A program made the translations under genes and the position numbers. Source: Thermoanaerobaculia bacterium (lineage in GTDB: Bacteria > Acidobacteriota > Thermoanaerobaculia > Multivoradales > Multivoraceae). Taken from it: a stretch of DNA of 31,282 nt. The DNA is taken from the NCBI GenBank assembly GCA_036257295.1, contig DATAFT010000484.1:1-31282 (forward strand), read 5' to 3'. A model generated the notes under the pieces. It was given only the letters and a program-made list of their open reading frames with translations, had not been told where the DNA came from and ran no database searches. Shown piece after piece: positions 1-7,742 of this stretch (position 1 is its first letter; the number at the start of each line of letters is the position of its first letter).

Positions 1-178
1 ATCCGCTTCTATCGCGACGGCCTCGGCCTACCGATGCGGCCGGACACCGAAGGTGTGGCGTTCTTCGAGACGCGCGGCACGTGGCTCGGACTCTTCCCGC
101 GCGAGGGGTTGGCGGAGGATGCCAAGGTGCCCGCGGCGGGCCAGGGCTTTCGGGGCTTCTCGCTGGCGCATCGAGTAA
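1..178 (+). pseudogene. VOC/glyoxalase-family gene, 5' end outside the window, apparently with an internal deletion
   Basis: Frame +1 reads IRFYRDGLGLP...GVAFFETRGTWLGLFPREGLAEDAKVP...GFRGFSLAH, which is typical of VOC proteins. Similarity stops at His (169-171). ATC GAG TAA (I-E-stop, 170-178) follows in another frame. About 50 codons of the expected C-terminal half are missing (inference from family length). Confidence 0.6.
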
Positions 179-188
179 GACTCGCAGC

Positions 189-629
189 TCACCACTCGCC
201 GGTGTTGGGCATCGACGCCCACGGCTCGCGCGACGCCATCGCGTCACCTGACTGGAGCAGCTCGACCGAGATGCCGTCCGGCGAGCGGACGAACGCCATA
301 CGGCCGTCGCGCGGCGGACGGTTGATGGTCACGCCGCCGTCGCGCAGTCGCGTGCAGGTGTCGTAGATGTCGTCGACCTCGAACGCGAGGTGTCCGAAAT
401 TCCGCCCGCCGCGATACTCCTCGTCGTCCCAGTTGTAGGTGAGCTCGAGCATCGGAGCTCGGCTCTTCGACACCAGGTCGAGGTCGGCCGGCGCGGCGAG
501 GAAGATGAGAGTGAAGCGGCCCTTGTCGTTCTCGATGCGCCGCACCTCGCGCATCCCGAGCTTGCCGCAGTAGAAGTCGAGCGAGGCGTCGAGGTCGCGG
601 ACGCGGACCATGGTGTGGAGGTATTTCAC
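189..629 (-). CDS. gloA: Lactoylglutathione lyase (glyoxalase I), 146 aa, GTG start
   Basis: [66 protein letters not shown]; the metal-ligand H/E/H/E pattern is present. Confidence 0.92.
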   Translation of the reverse strand: MKYLHTMVRVRDLDASLDFYCGKLGMREVRRIENDKGRFTLIFLAAPADLDLVSKSRAPMLELTYNWDDEEYRGGRNFGHLAFEVDDIYDTCTRLRDGGVTINRPPRDGRMAFVRSPDGISVELLQSGDAMASREPWASMPNTGEW

Positions 630-675
630 TCCACCAAGCCTAGCTCACGGCGTCGAGGTCGCCGGCGCGGTCGGG

Positions 676-1173
676 CTAGTGGTGGTCGAACGAGTCGAGC
701 AGGGTCTCGAGCGCGTCCATCACGCTCTCGATGGTGAGCTCCACCACCTCGGGCACTTCGTCGTTCACGTCGTGGAACCGGTCGCCGAAATGCCGGCCGG
801 CGTGTCCCCAGCGACGACCGGTCCGCTCGCCGAACTCGCCCCAGCGGTCGCCCATGCGCTGGCCGAACTCGCCCCAGTGCTCGCCCATCCGCTCGCCGAA
901 CGCGCCCCAGTCCTCGCCCATCCGCTCGCCGAACTCGCCCCAGTGCTCACCCATGCGCTGGCCGAAGCCGCCCCAGTCCTCGCCCATCCGCTCGCCGAAG
1001 GCGCCCCAGTCCCGACCCATCCGCTCGCCGAAGTGCTCCCAGTGCTCGTCCCAGGTCTCGTGGCGTTCCCGGCGGACCGGGTCGGCGGCCATCGCGGCCG
1101 CTCCGGCGCCCAGCGCCAGGGCGACGAACACGGCGATCGCTACCCGGCGACCCTCACTCGTTGGAGTCGTCAT
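676..1173 (-). CDS. Exported hypothetical protein (165 aa) with eight 11-residue WGxFGERMGxx repeats
   Basis: ATG at 1173, signal-peptide-like N-terminus (RRVAIAVFVALALGAGAAAMA/AD), repeat block, acidic C-terminal helix, TAG at 676-678. The start is placed downstream of the ORF-track start because the longer ORF overlaps qor. Confidence 0.7.
   Translation of the reverse strand: MTTPTSEGRRVAIAVFVALALGAGAAAMAADPVRRERHETWDEHWEHFGERMGRDWGAFGERMGEDWGGFGQRMGEHWGEFGERMGEDWGAFGERMGEHWGEFGQRMGDRWGEFGERTGRRWGHAGRHFGDRFHDVNDEVPEVVELTIESVMDALETLLDSFDHH
778..1041 (-). repeat. 33-bp in-frame tandem repeat, 8 imperfect units
   Basis: Trp at residues 45, 56, 67, 78, 89, 100, 111 and 122. The plus strand shows recurring gccccagt(g/c)ctcgcccatccgctcgccgaa. 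Confidence 0.9.
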
Positions 1174-1226
1174 GACGGTTAAGACGTGCGGGCCAGGGCC
1201 AGGTTGCAAGAATCGCGCTGGCCCGG

Positions 1227-2198
1227 TCACGCCACCCGCAGGATCACCTTGCCCACTGCCTTGCGCTCGGCGAGCAGGCGGAAGGCCTCGGCGCCGCGCT
1301 CGAGCGGCAGCACGTCGCCGATCACGGGCCGGATGACGCCGGCCCGGATCAAGCGGTCGATCTCCCTGCCGACCCCGACCGGCAGGTTGGGGTCCCGCGC
1401 CACCCATTCGCCCCACGCCGCGCCGACGACGCTCACGTTGCGCAACAGCAGGCGATTGACCTTCACGGTGGGAATGCCGCCGCCGGCGAATCCGATGACG
1501 AGTAGACGGCCGCCCGGCGCGAGACAACGGACCGCGTCGTCGAAGCGGTCGCCGCCCACCGGGTCGTAGACCACGTCGGCGCCGCGCCCGCCGGTGGCGG
1601 CCACCACGCGCTCGCGCCAGCCGGGCTCGACCAGGAAGACGTCATCGGCCCCGGCCTGGCGAGCGGGTTCTACCTTGTCGGCTGTGGACACCAGACCAAT
1701 GGCTCGGCTCGCCCCCAGTCCCTTCGCCACCTGGATCGCGGCCGTGCCGACGCCGCCCGACGCCCCCAGCGCGAAGAGGCTCTCGCCGGAGCGAAACCCC
1801 GCGCGCATGCTCAGGGCGAACACGGCGGTCTGGTAGTTGACGAGGACGGCGGCGCCCTGCTCGAAAGAGAGCTCGTCGGGCAGCGAGAAGGTCATGCGCT
1901 CGGGCGCGCGCGCCACCTCGGCGAAGCCGGCGGACGCCCCAGCGTAGACGCGATCGCCCGGCTTGAACGCGGAGCCGGCGGGCGCTTGCCGCACGCGGCC
2001 GGCGACCTCGACTCCGGGAACGTAGGGCGGCTCGCTGCGGCGTTGATACAGACCCTGGCTGATGAGGAGATCGGGGAAGGACACTCCCGCCGCGACGACG
2101 TCGATCAGCACGTCGCCCGCAGCCGCCTCCGGCGGCGCCATATCGGTGACGGAGATGCCGGCGGGACCCGTGAGCTCGTTGACTACCAGAGCGCGCAT
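1227..2198 (-). CDS. qor: NADPH:quinone oxidoreductase (zeta-crystallin/MDR family)
   Basis: MRALVV start with GGGAG upstream; VSFPDLLISQGLYQ, VPGVEVAG, GASGGVG nucleotide-binding motif, DVVYDPVGG, GRLLVIGFAGG, GKVIL. Confidence 0.88.
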   Translation of the reverse strand: MRALVVNELTGPAGISVTDMAPPEAAAGDVLIDVVAAGVSFPDLLISQGLYQRRSEPPYVPGVEVAGRVRQAPAGSAFKPGDRVYAGASAGFAEVARAPERMTFSLPDELSFEQGAAVLVNYQTAVFALSMRAGFRSGESLFALGASGGVGTAAIQVAKGLGASRAIGLVSTADKVEPARQAGADDVFLVEPGWRERVVAATGGRGADVVYDPVGGDRFDDAVRCLAPGGRLLVIGFAGGGIPTVKVNRLLLRNVSVVGAAWGEWVARDPNLPVGVGREIDRLIRAGVIRPVIGDVLPLERGAEAFRLLAERKAVGKVILRVA

Positions 2199-2312
2199 TG
2201 GTCGTCTCCCAGCGTCGATTCGTTCGAACAAAGCGCCGTGGCACCGGCGCGGCGGCCGAGCCTACACCGCGAGGTACCAACGATCGTCGAACGCGTCTGC
2301 TACTTTTCCGCG

Positions 2313-3080
2313 GTGGGCTCCGCCTTCGAAACGATACTCAAGCGCGATCGGGTCGTGGTGATCGCCGGCGTGATCGTCATCGCCGGGCTGGGGTGGGCCT
2401 ACCTGGTGTCGATGGCGGGCATGGAGGAGATGATGGCGCCCAGCCTCGAAGGGTGGACCGCCGGCGACTTCACCATGATGTTCACGATGTGGGTGGTGAT
2501 GATGGTCGCGATGATGCTGCCGTCGGCGGCGCCGCTGCTGCTCATTCACGCGCGCGTGGGGCGCGCCGGCCGCGAGCGTGGCGAGTCGATCGCGCCGACC
2601 GGCGTCTTCGCCGCCGGCTACCTGCTGGCGTGGACCGTATTCAGTCTCGCCGCCACGCTCCAGCAGTGGGCGCTCGAGCGCGCTGCGCTGCTCTCGCCGA
2701 AGATGGTCGCCAGCACTCCCTACCTCGGGGCGGCCGTTCTGATCGGCGCCGGCGTCTACCAGCTCACTCCGCTCAAACGGGTGTGCCTCACGCACTGCCG
2801 CTCCCCCATCGACTTCGTCATGCATCACTGGCGACGCGGCTACCTCGGCGCGCTGCGCATGGGGCTCGAGCACGGCCTCTACTGCATCGGTTGCTGCTGG
2901 TTCCTGATGGGTCTGCTCTTCGTCGGGGGTGTCATGAACCTGGCGTGGATCGCGGCGATCTCGATCTTCGTGCTGCTCGAAAAGGCTGCGCCGCGCGGCG
3001 AGATGTGGGCCTATGCTGCCGGCGTCCTCCTCCTGGTCGCCGGCCTGTGGACCGCGGCGGCGGCCATCCTCCCGGTGTGA
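2313..3080 (+). CDS. DUF2182-like predicted metal-binding integral membrane protein
   Basis: Multiple TM segments with MWVVMMVAMMLPS, YQLTPLKRVCLTHCR and HGLYCIGCCWFLM..LFVGGVMN..W motifs. GTG 2313 chosen because TGnTACTTT lies 6 nt upstream. Confidence 0.8.
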   Translation: MGSAFETILKRDRVVVIAGVIVIAGLGWAYLVSMAGMEEMMAPSLEGWTAGDFTMMFTMWVVMMVAMMLPSAAPLLLIHARVGRAGRERGESIAPTGVFAAGYLLAWTVFSLAATLQQWALERAALLSPKMVASTPYLGAAVLIGAGVYQLTPLKRVCLTHCRSPIDFVMHHWRRGYLGALRMGLEHGLYCIGCCWFLMGLLFVGGVMNLAWIAAISIFVLLEKAAPRGEMWAYAAGVLLLVAGLWTAAAAILPV

Positions 3081-3108
3081 CGCGGCGCAACGATAGGATG
3101 CGCGCCAC

Positions 3109-3620
3109 GTGAAGGTTTCGTTCCTCGAGCCGCCGATCGGCGGCATCATCGGGCTCGAAATGACGAGCTGCCGATGCCCGCGCGCCAGCTCATTCGCGAG
3201 TACGCCCCCGAGTACTACATCAACTTCCGCAGGCCCCTGCCGCTGCTCGAGACCGCGCGCGGCTGCCCGTTCAAGTGCAACTTCTGCTCGGTCTGGAGGA
3301 CTGGGAGCTCTACGACATCGCCCACACCGTGCTGCCCCACCAAGCTCCCCCTCGACGAGTTCTACCGCGAGTACGCGGGTTTGTGGCAGCACGCGCTCGA
3401 CGTGCGCTACCAGCACAAGGGCCGGATGAAGTCGTGGATGGGTCTGATGGCGGCGCTCGCCACCGGCAAGGTGACCATGAGCGCGCTGCGCAAGGGCATG
3501 CGCATCGGCATGGGCAACGTGCTCGCCAACCCCGAGTCCTTCCTGCGGGCGCACCGCGAGTCCGAGCGGCGCATCGCCGAGATGCGCGACGTGCTCGCCG
3601 AAGCGCTCGCCGCCGCCTAG
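3109..3620 (+). pseudogene. B12-binding radical-SAM gene (HpnR/BchE-like), collapsed by two internal deletions and a +1 frameshift
   Basis: Four segments: MKVSFLEPPIGGIIGLEM (3109-3162); DELPMPAR...ETARGCPFKCNFCSVW (3162-3296, CxxxCxxC at 3264-3287); EDWELYDIAHTVLP (3296-3337, different frame); TKLPLDEFYREY... to the stop at 3620. Total 512 bp versus roughly 1.4-1.6 kb expected for the family. Confidence 0.72.
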
Positions 3621-3633
3621 CGACTCTTCCGCT

Positions 3634-4584
3634 TCAGTTCCCAAGAGGGCCGTTCGCCGAGGACGGCGCGGGCGCCAGCACTCGATGCAACGCTTCAGAC
3701 CGGAGGCCGGCTCGAGCCAGCCGCTCGATGACGCGCTCGAGCGCATCGAGGACGACCGGCCGGCCGGCGCCGTCGCGAGCCGACGAGCCGTCGTGCAGGA
3801 GGAGGATGTCTCCGGCTTCGAGATCGCGGGCGAGCCGCGCCGCCACCAGCGCGCCGTCGCGCGTGACGGTGTCGAAGCCGCGGCGCGTCCACGACACCAG
3901 CGCGTGACCGGTGCCGGCGAGCACCGTTCCCAACCACGGATTCTGGATCCCGGCGGGAGCGCGGAAGAGCGCCGGCGATCCACCGCCCGAGTTCTCAATC
4001 GCGTCCTGCGCCCGCAGGATCTGTGACGACATCGCCCGCGGCCCCCGCAGCGCGAAGCTGTTGGGATGACTGTAGGTGTGGTTCTCGACGCCGTGCCCGC
4101 GATCGCGAATCGCTCGCACCAGGTCGGAATGCTCCTCTGCCCGCCGGCCGATGCAGAAGAAGGTGGCCCTCGCGCCCGACCGCTCGAGCAGATCGAGCAC
4201 CACCGGCGTCACCTCGGGGTCGGGCCCGTCGTCGAACGTGAGCGCAACCACCTCGCCGCGTGCGAGCGACGGCGGCAGTCGGGTGAGGTTGGGCCCGAGC
4301 CAGCCGCAGCGCGGGAGCATTCCCGCCGCGGCGATAGCCAGGTGGTTGGCGATGATCGCGGAGACGGCGATGCCCCACGATCGGGGGCTCGCGAGCAGCG
4401 CTGCGAGCGACACGCCGTGTATGCCCGCGCTCACCGCGACGAAGGTCGGGACCGGCGGCCGACGGGCGGATCGACTGGCTAGAGGTTCGCTCGGCGACCG
4501 ATCCGGTCCGCCGGATCGGGATCGCCCAGAATGATGGCTAGCAGGCCGGGGCCACATTGCCTTTCGCCACGGACTGCTAGCCAC
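3634..4584 (-). CDS. Membrane-anchored polysaccharide deacetylase (NodB/CE4); true start uncertain, probably downstream of 4584
   Basis: LTFDDGP, HGVENHTYSH, FRAPAG and GDILLLHD CE4 motifs, with an N-terminal hydrophobic segment. Confidence 0.85.
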   Translation of the reverse strand: MASSPWRKAMWPRPASHHSGRSRSGGPDRSPSEPLASRSARRPPVPTFVAVSAGIHGVSLAALLASPRSWGIAVSAIIANHLAIAAAGMLPRCGWLGPNLTRLPPSLARGEVVALTFDDGPDPEVTPVVLDLLERSGARATFFCIGRRAEEHSDLVRAIRDRGHGVENHTYSHPNSFALRGPRAMSSQILRAQDAIENSGGGSPALFRAPAGIQNPWLGTVLAGTGHALVSWTRRGFDTVTRDGALVAARLARDLEAGDILLLHDGSSARDGAGRPVVLDALERVIERLARAGLRSEALHRVLAPAPSSANGPLGN

Positions 4585-6055
4585 GGCCAGCCGGATCGGC
4601 GAGGTAGGGCAGATCTGCGTCGAGCAGCGCGGCGCGATCGACCTTCCCTCTCGAGGTGCGGGGGATCGCGTCGACGATGACGATGCTGCGCGGGACCTTG
4701 TGCTCGGCGAGACGCGTCCGGCACCACGCCAGCACGTCCTCGTGAGCGAGCCGTCCGGTGGAACAAGCCACCACCGCGCGCACGATCTCCTCGTCCCGAC
4801 CGGGAGTCGCGACCCCGATCACCACCACCTCGTCCACGCCGCCGAGACCTGCCAGAACACCTTCGACCTCGGATGGATCGACCTTGCGACCGCGCACGTT
4901 GATGACCCGATCCACGCGCCGCCGCAGCGCGAGCTCGCCGCCCGCGAGCACGCCCGTGTCGCTGGTCTCGAACCGGCCCTGCTCGAGTCGTGGATCGGGC
5001 TCGGGAAGGTAGGTGCTTCCCACCGCCGGCGACTCGACGACGACGATACCTTCGCCGTCGCGATCCTCGGATCGCGGCTCGATCGAGAGGCGGACTCCGT
5101 CGAGCGGCGCTCCCACGGTGCCGCGCTCCGCCGCCCCTCCCTCGCGGTCGTAGCAGATGCCGCCGCACTCGCTCGCTCCGTAGAGCACGTGCACGTCCTG
5201 CCGGTAGGTGCGGCGGAAGCGTGACGCCACCGGGCTGGGCAGCGTGGCACCGGCCGACACGACGAGCCGGAGCCGACTCGGGAGAGCTGGCGGGCGCGAC
5301 ATCTTGAGCAGCCCCTGAACGTAAGCTGGCACCGTCGGGAAAACGGTGGCCCCGAGCTCTTCACCGGCATGAAGCGGTGGGAACGGGCCCCAGTCGCCCG
5401 GCAGCACCAGCGTCGAGCCGCGCACGAGCGCCGACAGCGCGAGGATCGTGAACCCGTAGGCGTGGGACAACGGGATCGTGGTCAGGAAGCGATCGCCTGC
5501 GACCAGCCTCATGCTCGACGCGAACGCGACGGCGTCGGCGAGCTGAGTCTCGGCGTCCATCGCGACGCCGCGCGGCACGCCGGTGGACCCCGAGGTGAGC
5601 TTCACCACCGCCAGGTCGCCCATCGATCGCGCGATCGAGACTCGGTCGAGCGCGGACACGCGCAAGTCGCCGACCGACGACGGCCAACCGTGATCGCAGT
5701 CCAGCACGCAGGACGCTCCGAGCACGTCGACGACGCGTTGCTGGTCGTCGCGCGGAGCGGCGTGGTCGAGCAGGAGGGCAGCGTGGCCGGCGCGTCGGAT
5801 CGCGAGGAATCCGGCCAGGAACGCAGGGCCGTTGGGCGCCGCTAGACCAACCAGGCTCGTGGCCTCGATCGGCGCCGCCCGAAGTCGCGCGGCCGCGGCC
5901 CGTGACAGCGCGTCGATCTCGCCGAAAGTGGCGCGCCGGACCGGTGAGACGACCGCGACGTCGCTGGCGCGGCGCTCGACCAGTCTCCTGAACGCGTCGA
6001 CGATGCAGTCGCTTCGCTCGTCGGCTCGCGCGCTCCCTCCGTGCGAATTCGACAC
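4577..6055 (-). CDS. Adenylate-forming acyl-CoA/acyl-ACP ligase (ANL superfamily)
   Basis: LTSGSTGVPRG P-loop, YGASECG, FETSDTG, INVRGRKV, HKVP..I and GKVDR motifs. GTG 6055 chosen to avoid overlap with the divergent gene, with TACTAT 7 nt upstream. Confidence 0.85.
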   Translation of the reverse strand: MSNSHGGSARADERSDCIVDAFRRLVERRASDVAVVSPVRRATFGEIDALSRAAAARLRAAPIEATSLVGLAAPNGPAFLAGFLAIRRAGHAALLLDHAAPRDDQQRVVDVLGASCVLDCDHGWPSSVGDLRVSALDRVSIARSMGDLAVVKLTSGSTGVPRGVAMDAETQLADAVAFASSMRLVAGDRFLTTIPLSHAYGFTILALSALVRGSTLVLPGDWGPFPPLHAGEELGATVFPTVPAYVQGLLKMSRPPALPSRLRLVVSAGATLPSPVASRFRRTYRQDVHVLYGASECGGICYDREGGAAERGTVGAPLDGVRLSIEPRSEDRDGEGIVVVESPAVGSTYLPEPDPRLEQGRFETSDTGVLAGGELALRRRVDRVINVRGRKVDPSEVEGVLAGLGGVDEVVVIGVATPGRDEEIVRAVVACSTGRLAHEDVLAWCRTRLAEHKVPRSIVIVDAIPRTSRGKVDRAALLDADLPYLADPAGRG

Positions 6056-6061
6056 CGCGCC

Positions 6062-6068
6062 TATAGTA
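6062..6068. promoter_or_regulatory. Overlapping divergent -10 hexamers (TATAGT on +, TACTAT on -)
   Basis: The only AT-rich patch (ctatagtat) in the 39-bp gap between the divergent ligase and halogenase genes. Confidence 0.45.
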
Positions 6069-6094
6069 TCCACGGTCGACCCGCCATCGAGACG

Positions 6095-7423
6095 ATGCAT
6101 CGAGCCTGGGACCATGAAGTAGCCGTCGTCGGCGGCGGTCCCGGGGGATCGACCGCCGCCAGCGCTCTCGCGCGTCGTGGCCACAGCGTGGTCGTGCTCG
6201 AGCGCGAGCGCTTCCCGCGCTTCCACATCGGCGAGTCGCAGCTACCGTGGATCAACGAGGTCCTGGTCGAGATCGGCGCCGACCAGATGGTGGCGCGCGC
6301 CGGCTTCGTCGAGAAGTGGGGCGCCAGCTTCGTTCCACCGGACGGCAGCAAGGAGTTCTACGCCGACTTTACCCAGGCCTGGGAGGTGCCGTCGCCGCGC
6401 ACCTATCAGGTGCCCCGGGCGCGGTTCGACCAGCTCCTGCTCGAGCACGCCGCTTCCTGCGGGGCGCGCGTGCTGCAGGGCCGCCGCGCCGAGCGGGCGA
6501 CCTTCGACGTCGATGGCGTGACGCTCGCTCACACCGGCGACGACGGTGACGCGGCCGAGCTGAGAGTCGGCGCCGTGATCGACGCGTCGGGCCGCGCCGG
6601 GTTCCTCGCCAAGCAGTTCGGCCAGCGCCGGCAGGACGAGGTGCTGCAGAACATCTCCGTGCACCGCCAGTTCGAAGGCATCCCGCGCGCCGGCGGCCGT
6701 CGTGCAGGCGACATCCGCATGGTGACCCGCAGCGATCGCGGGTGGATCTGGTTCATCCCGATCTCGGAGACCGTGACCAGCGTCGGCGTGGTGGTGCCGC
6801 GCAGCGTCCACTCCGCGTACAACGCGACGGGCAGACATTCCGCCGAGGAGACTCTCGATCACTTCCTCGCCGGCGCGCCGGCGGCCGCCCGCCTGGTCGC
6901 CTTGGCGCGCCCCGTGTCCCCGGCGCGCTACGACGCCGACTATTCCTACCTCCACGATCACCATGCGGGCGACCGCTACCTGCTGGTCGGCGACGCCGGC
7001 GCGTTTCTCGATCCCATCTTCTCGACCGGCGTCCTGCTCGCTATGCAGTCGGGCCTCGAGGCCGCCGGCGTGCTGAGCGAGGGACTGCGGCGGGGCGATA
7101 TGAGCCGTGCCCGCTTCACCGCCTACGAGCGCAAGCTGGTGCGGCGCTATCGCCACTTCAGGCGCTTCGCGGTCGGGTTCTACGACGCCCCCTTTCGCGA
7201 TCTCTTCCTCAATCCACAGGCGCGCTTCGGGCTGTACCAGGCAATGCTCTCGATCCTCGGCGGCAACTGGCGGCCCTCGCTCAAGACGCGATTGCGCATC
7301 GCTCTCTTCTTTGCCCTGGTCGGGATCCAGCGGCGCTTTCCGGTTCTGGTGCCGCCCCTGCCGGTCGAGCAGCCCCCCCCGCCCCAACCGGGGATGGGCC
7401 AGCCCACCCCCGGTCGGTCATAG
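6095..7423 (+). CDS. Flavin-dependent halogenase-like enzyme (PltA/CndH/CmlS-type, probably acting on a carrier-bound substrate)
   Basis: GGGPGG FAD motif, FPRFHIGES, FVEKWGA (Lys at the catalytic-Lys position), GWIWFIP (WxWxIP), GDAGAFLDPIFSTGV. ATG 6095. Confidence 0.78.
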   Translation: MHRAWDHEVAVVGGGPGGSTAASALARRGHSVVVLERERFPRFHIGESQLPWINEVLVEIGADQMVARAGFVEKWGASFVPPDGSKEFYADFTQAWEVPSPRTYQVPRARFDQLLLEHAASCGARVLQGRRAERATFDVDGVTLAHTGDDGDAAELRVGAVIDASGRAGFLAKQFGQRRQDEVLQNISVHRQFEGIPRAGGRRAGDIRMVTRSDRGWIWFIPISETVTSVGVVVPRSVHSAYNATGRHSAEETLDHFLAGAPAAARLVALARPVSPARYDADYSYLHDHHAGDRYLLVGDAGAFLDPIFSTGVLLAMQSGLEAAGVLSEGLRRGDMSRARFTAYERKLVRRYRHFRRFAVGFYDAPFRDLFLNPQARFGLYQAMLSILGGNWRPSLKTRLRIALFFALVGIQRRFPVLVPPLPVEQPPPPQPGMGQPTPGRS

Positions 7424-7742
7424 ACTGAAGAGTCATGACGGAAGCGGCCATTCGCCAGGAGCTCAAGAGCCTCATCATCGAGAGCCTCAATCTGGAGGGC
7501 TACACGCCCGACCGGATCGGCGACGACATGCCTCTGTTCGGAGAAGGCCTGGGCCTGGACTCGGTGGACGCGCTCGAGTTGGTGCTGGCGCTCGAACGGC
7601 ACTACGGGCTCGAGATTCAACCGCACGAGATGGACCGCGCCGTCTTCACCTCGGTCAACACCCTGGGCGGCTTCGTCGCCCGCCGCATGGAGGCGTCGAA
7701 CGGTAGCCGACAGGATGGCAGGTAGCCCCCGCCCCAACCGGG
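7376..7742 (+). repeat. 17-bp direct repeats (cccccgccccaaccggg) at 7376-7392 and 7726-7742 flanking the ACP gene
   Basis: Exact match read from the sequence. It extends imperfectly as ag(C)n...gg(g)atNggcc. Confidence 0.75.
7435..7725 (+). CDS. Acyl carrier protein
   Basis: LFGEGLGLDSVDALEL with the phosphopantetheine Ser at 7561-7563. Confidence 0.92.
   Translation: MTEAAIRQELKSLIIESLNLEGYTPDRIGDDMPLFGEGLGLDSVDALELVLALERHYGLEIQPHEMDRAVFTSVNTLGGFVARRMEASNGSRQDGR

Noticed and set aside
610-1182. Plus-strand 190-aa ORF with AELAPVLAHPL repeats
   Set aside because: Reverse-complement reading of the 33-bp repeat. The minus-strand product has a signal peptide and matches the orientation of its neighbours, so it is preferred, though not proven.
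2262-3998. 578-aa minus-strand ORF spanning DUF2182 and the radical-SAM remnant
   Set aside because: Shadow ORF across several real genes; no coherent domain.
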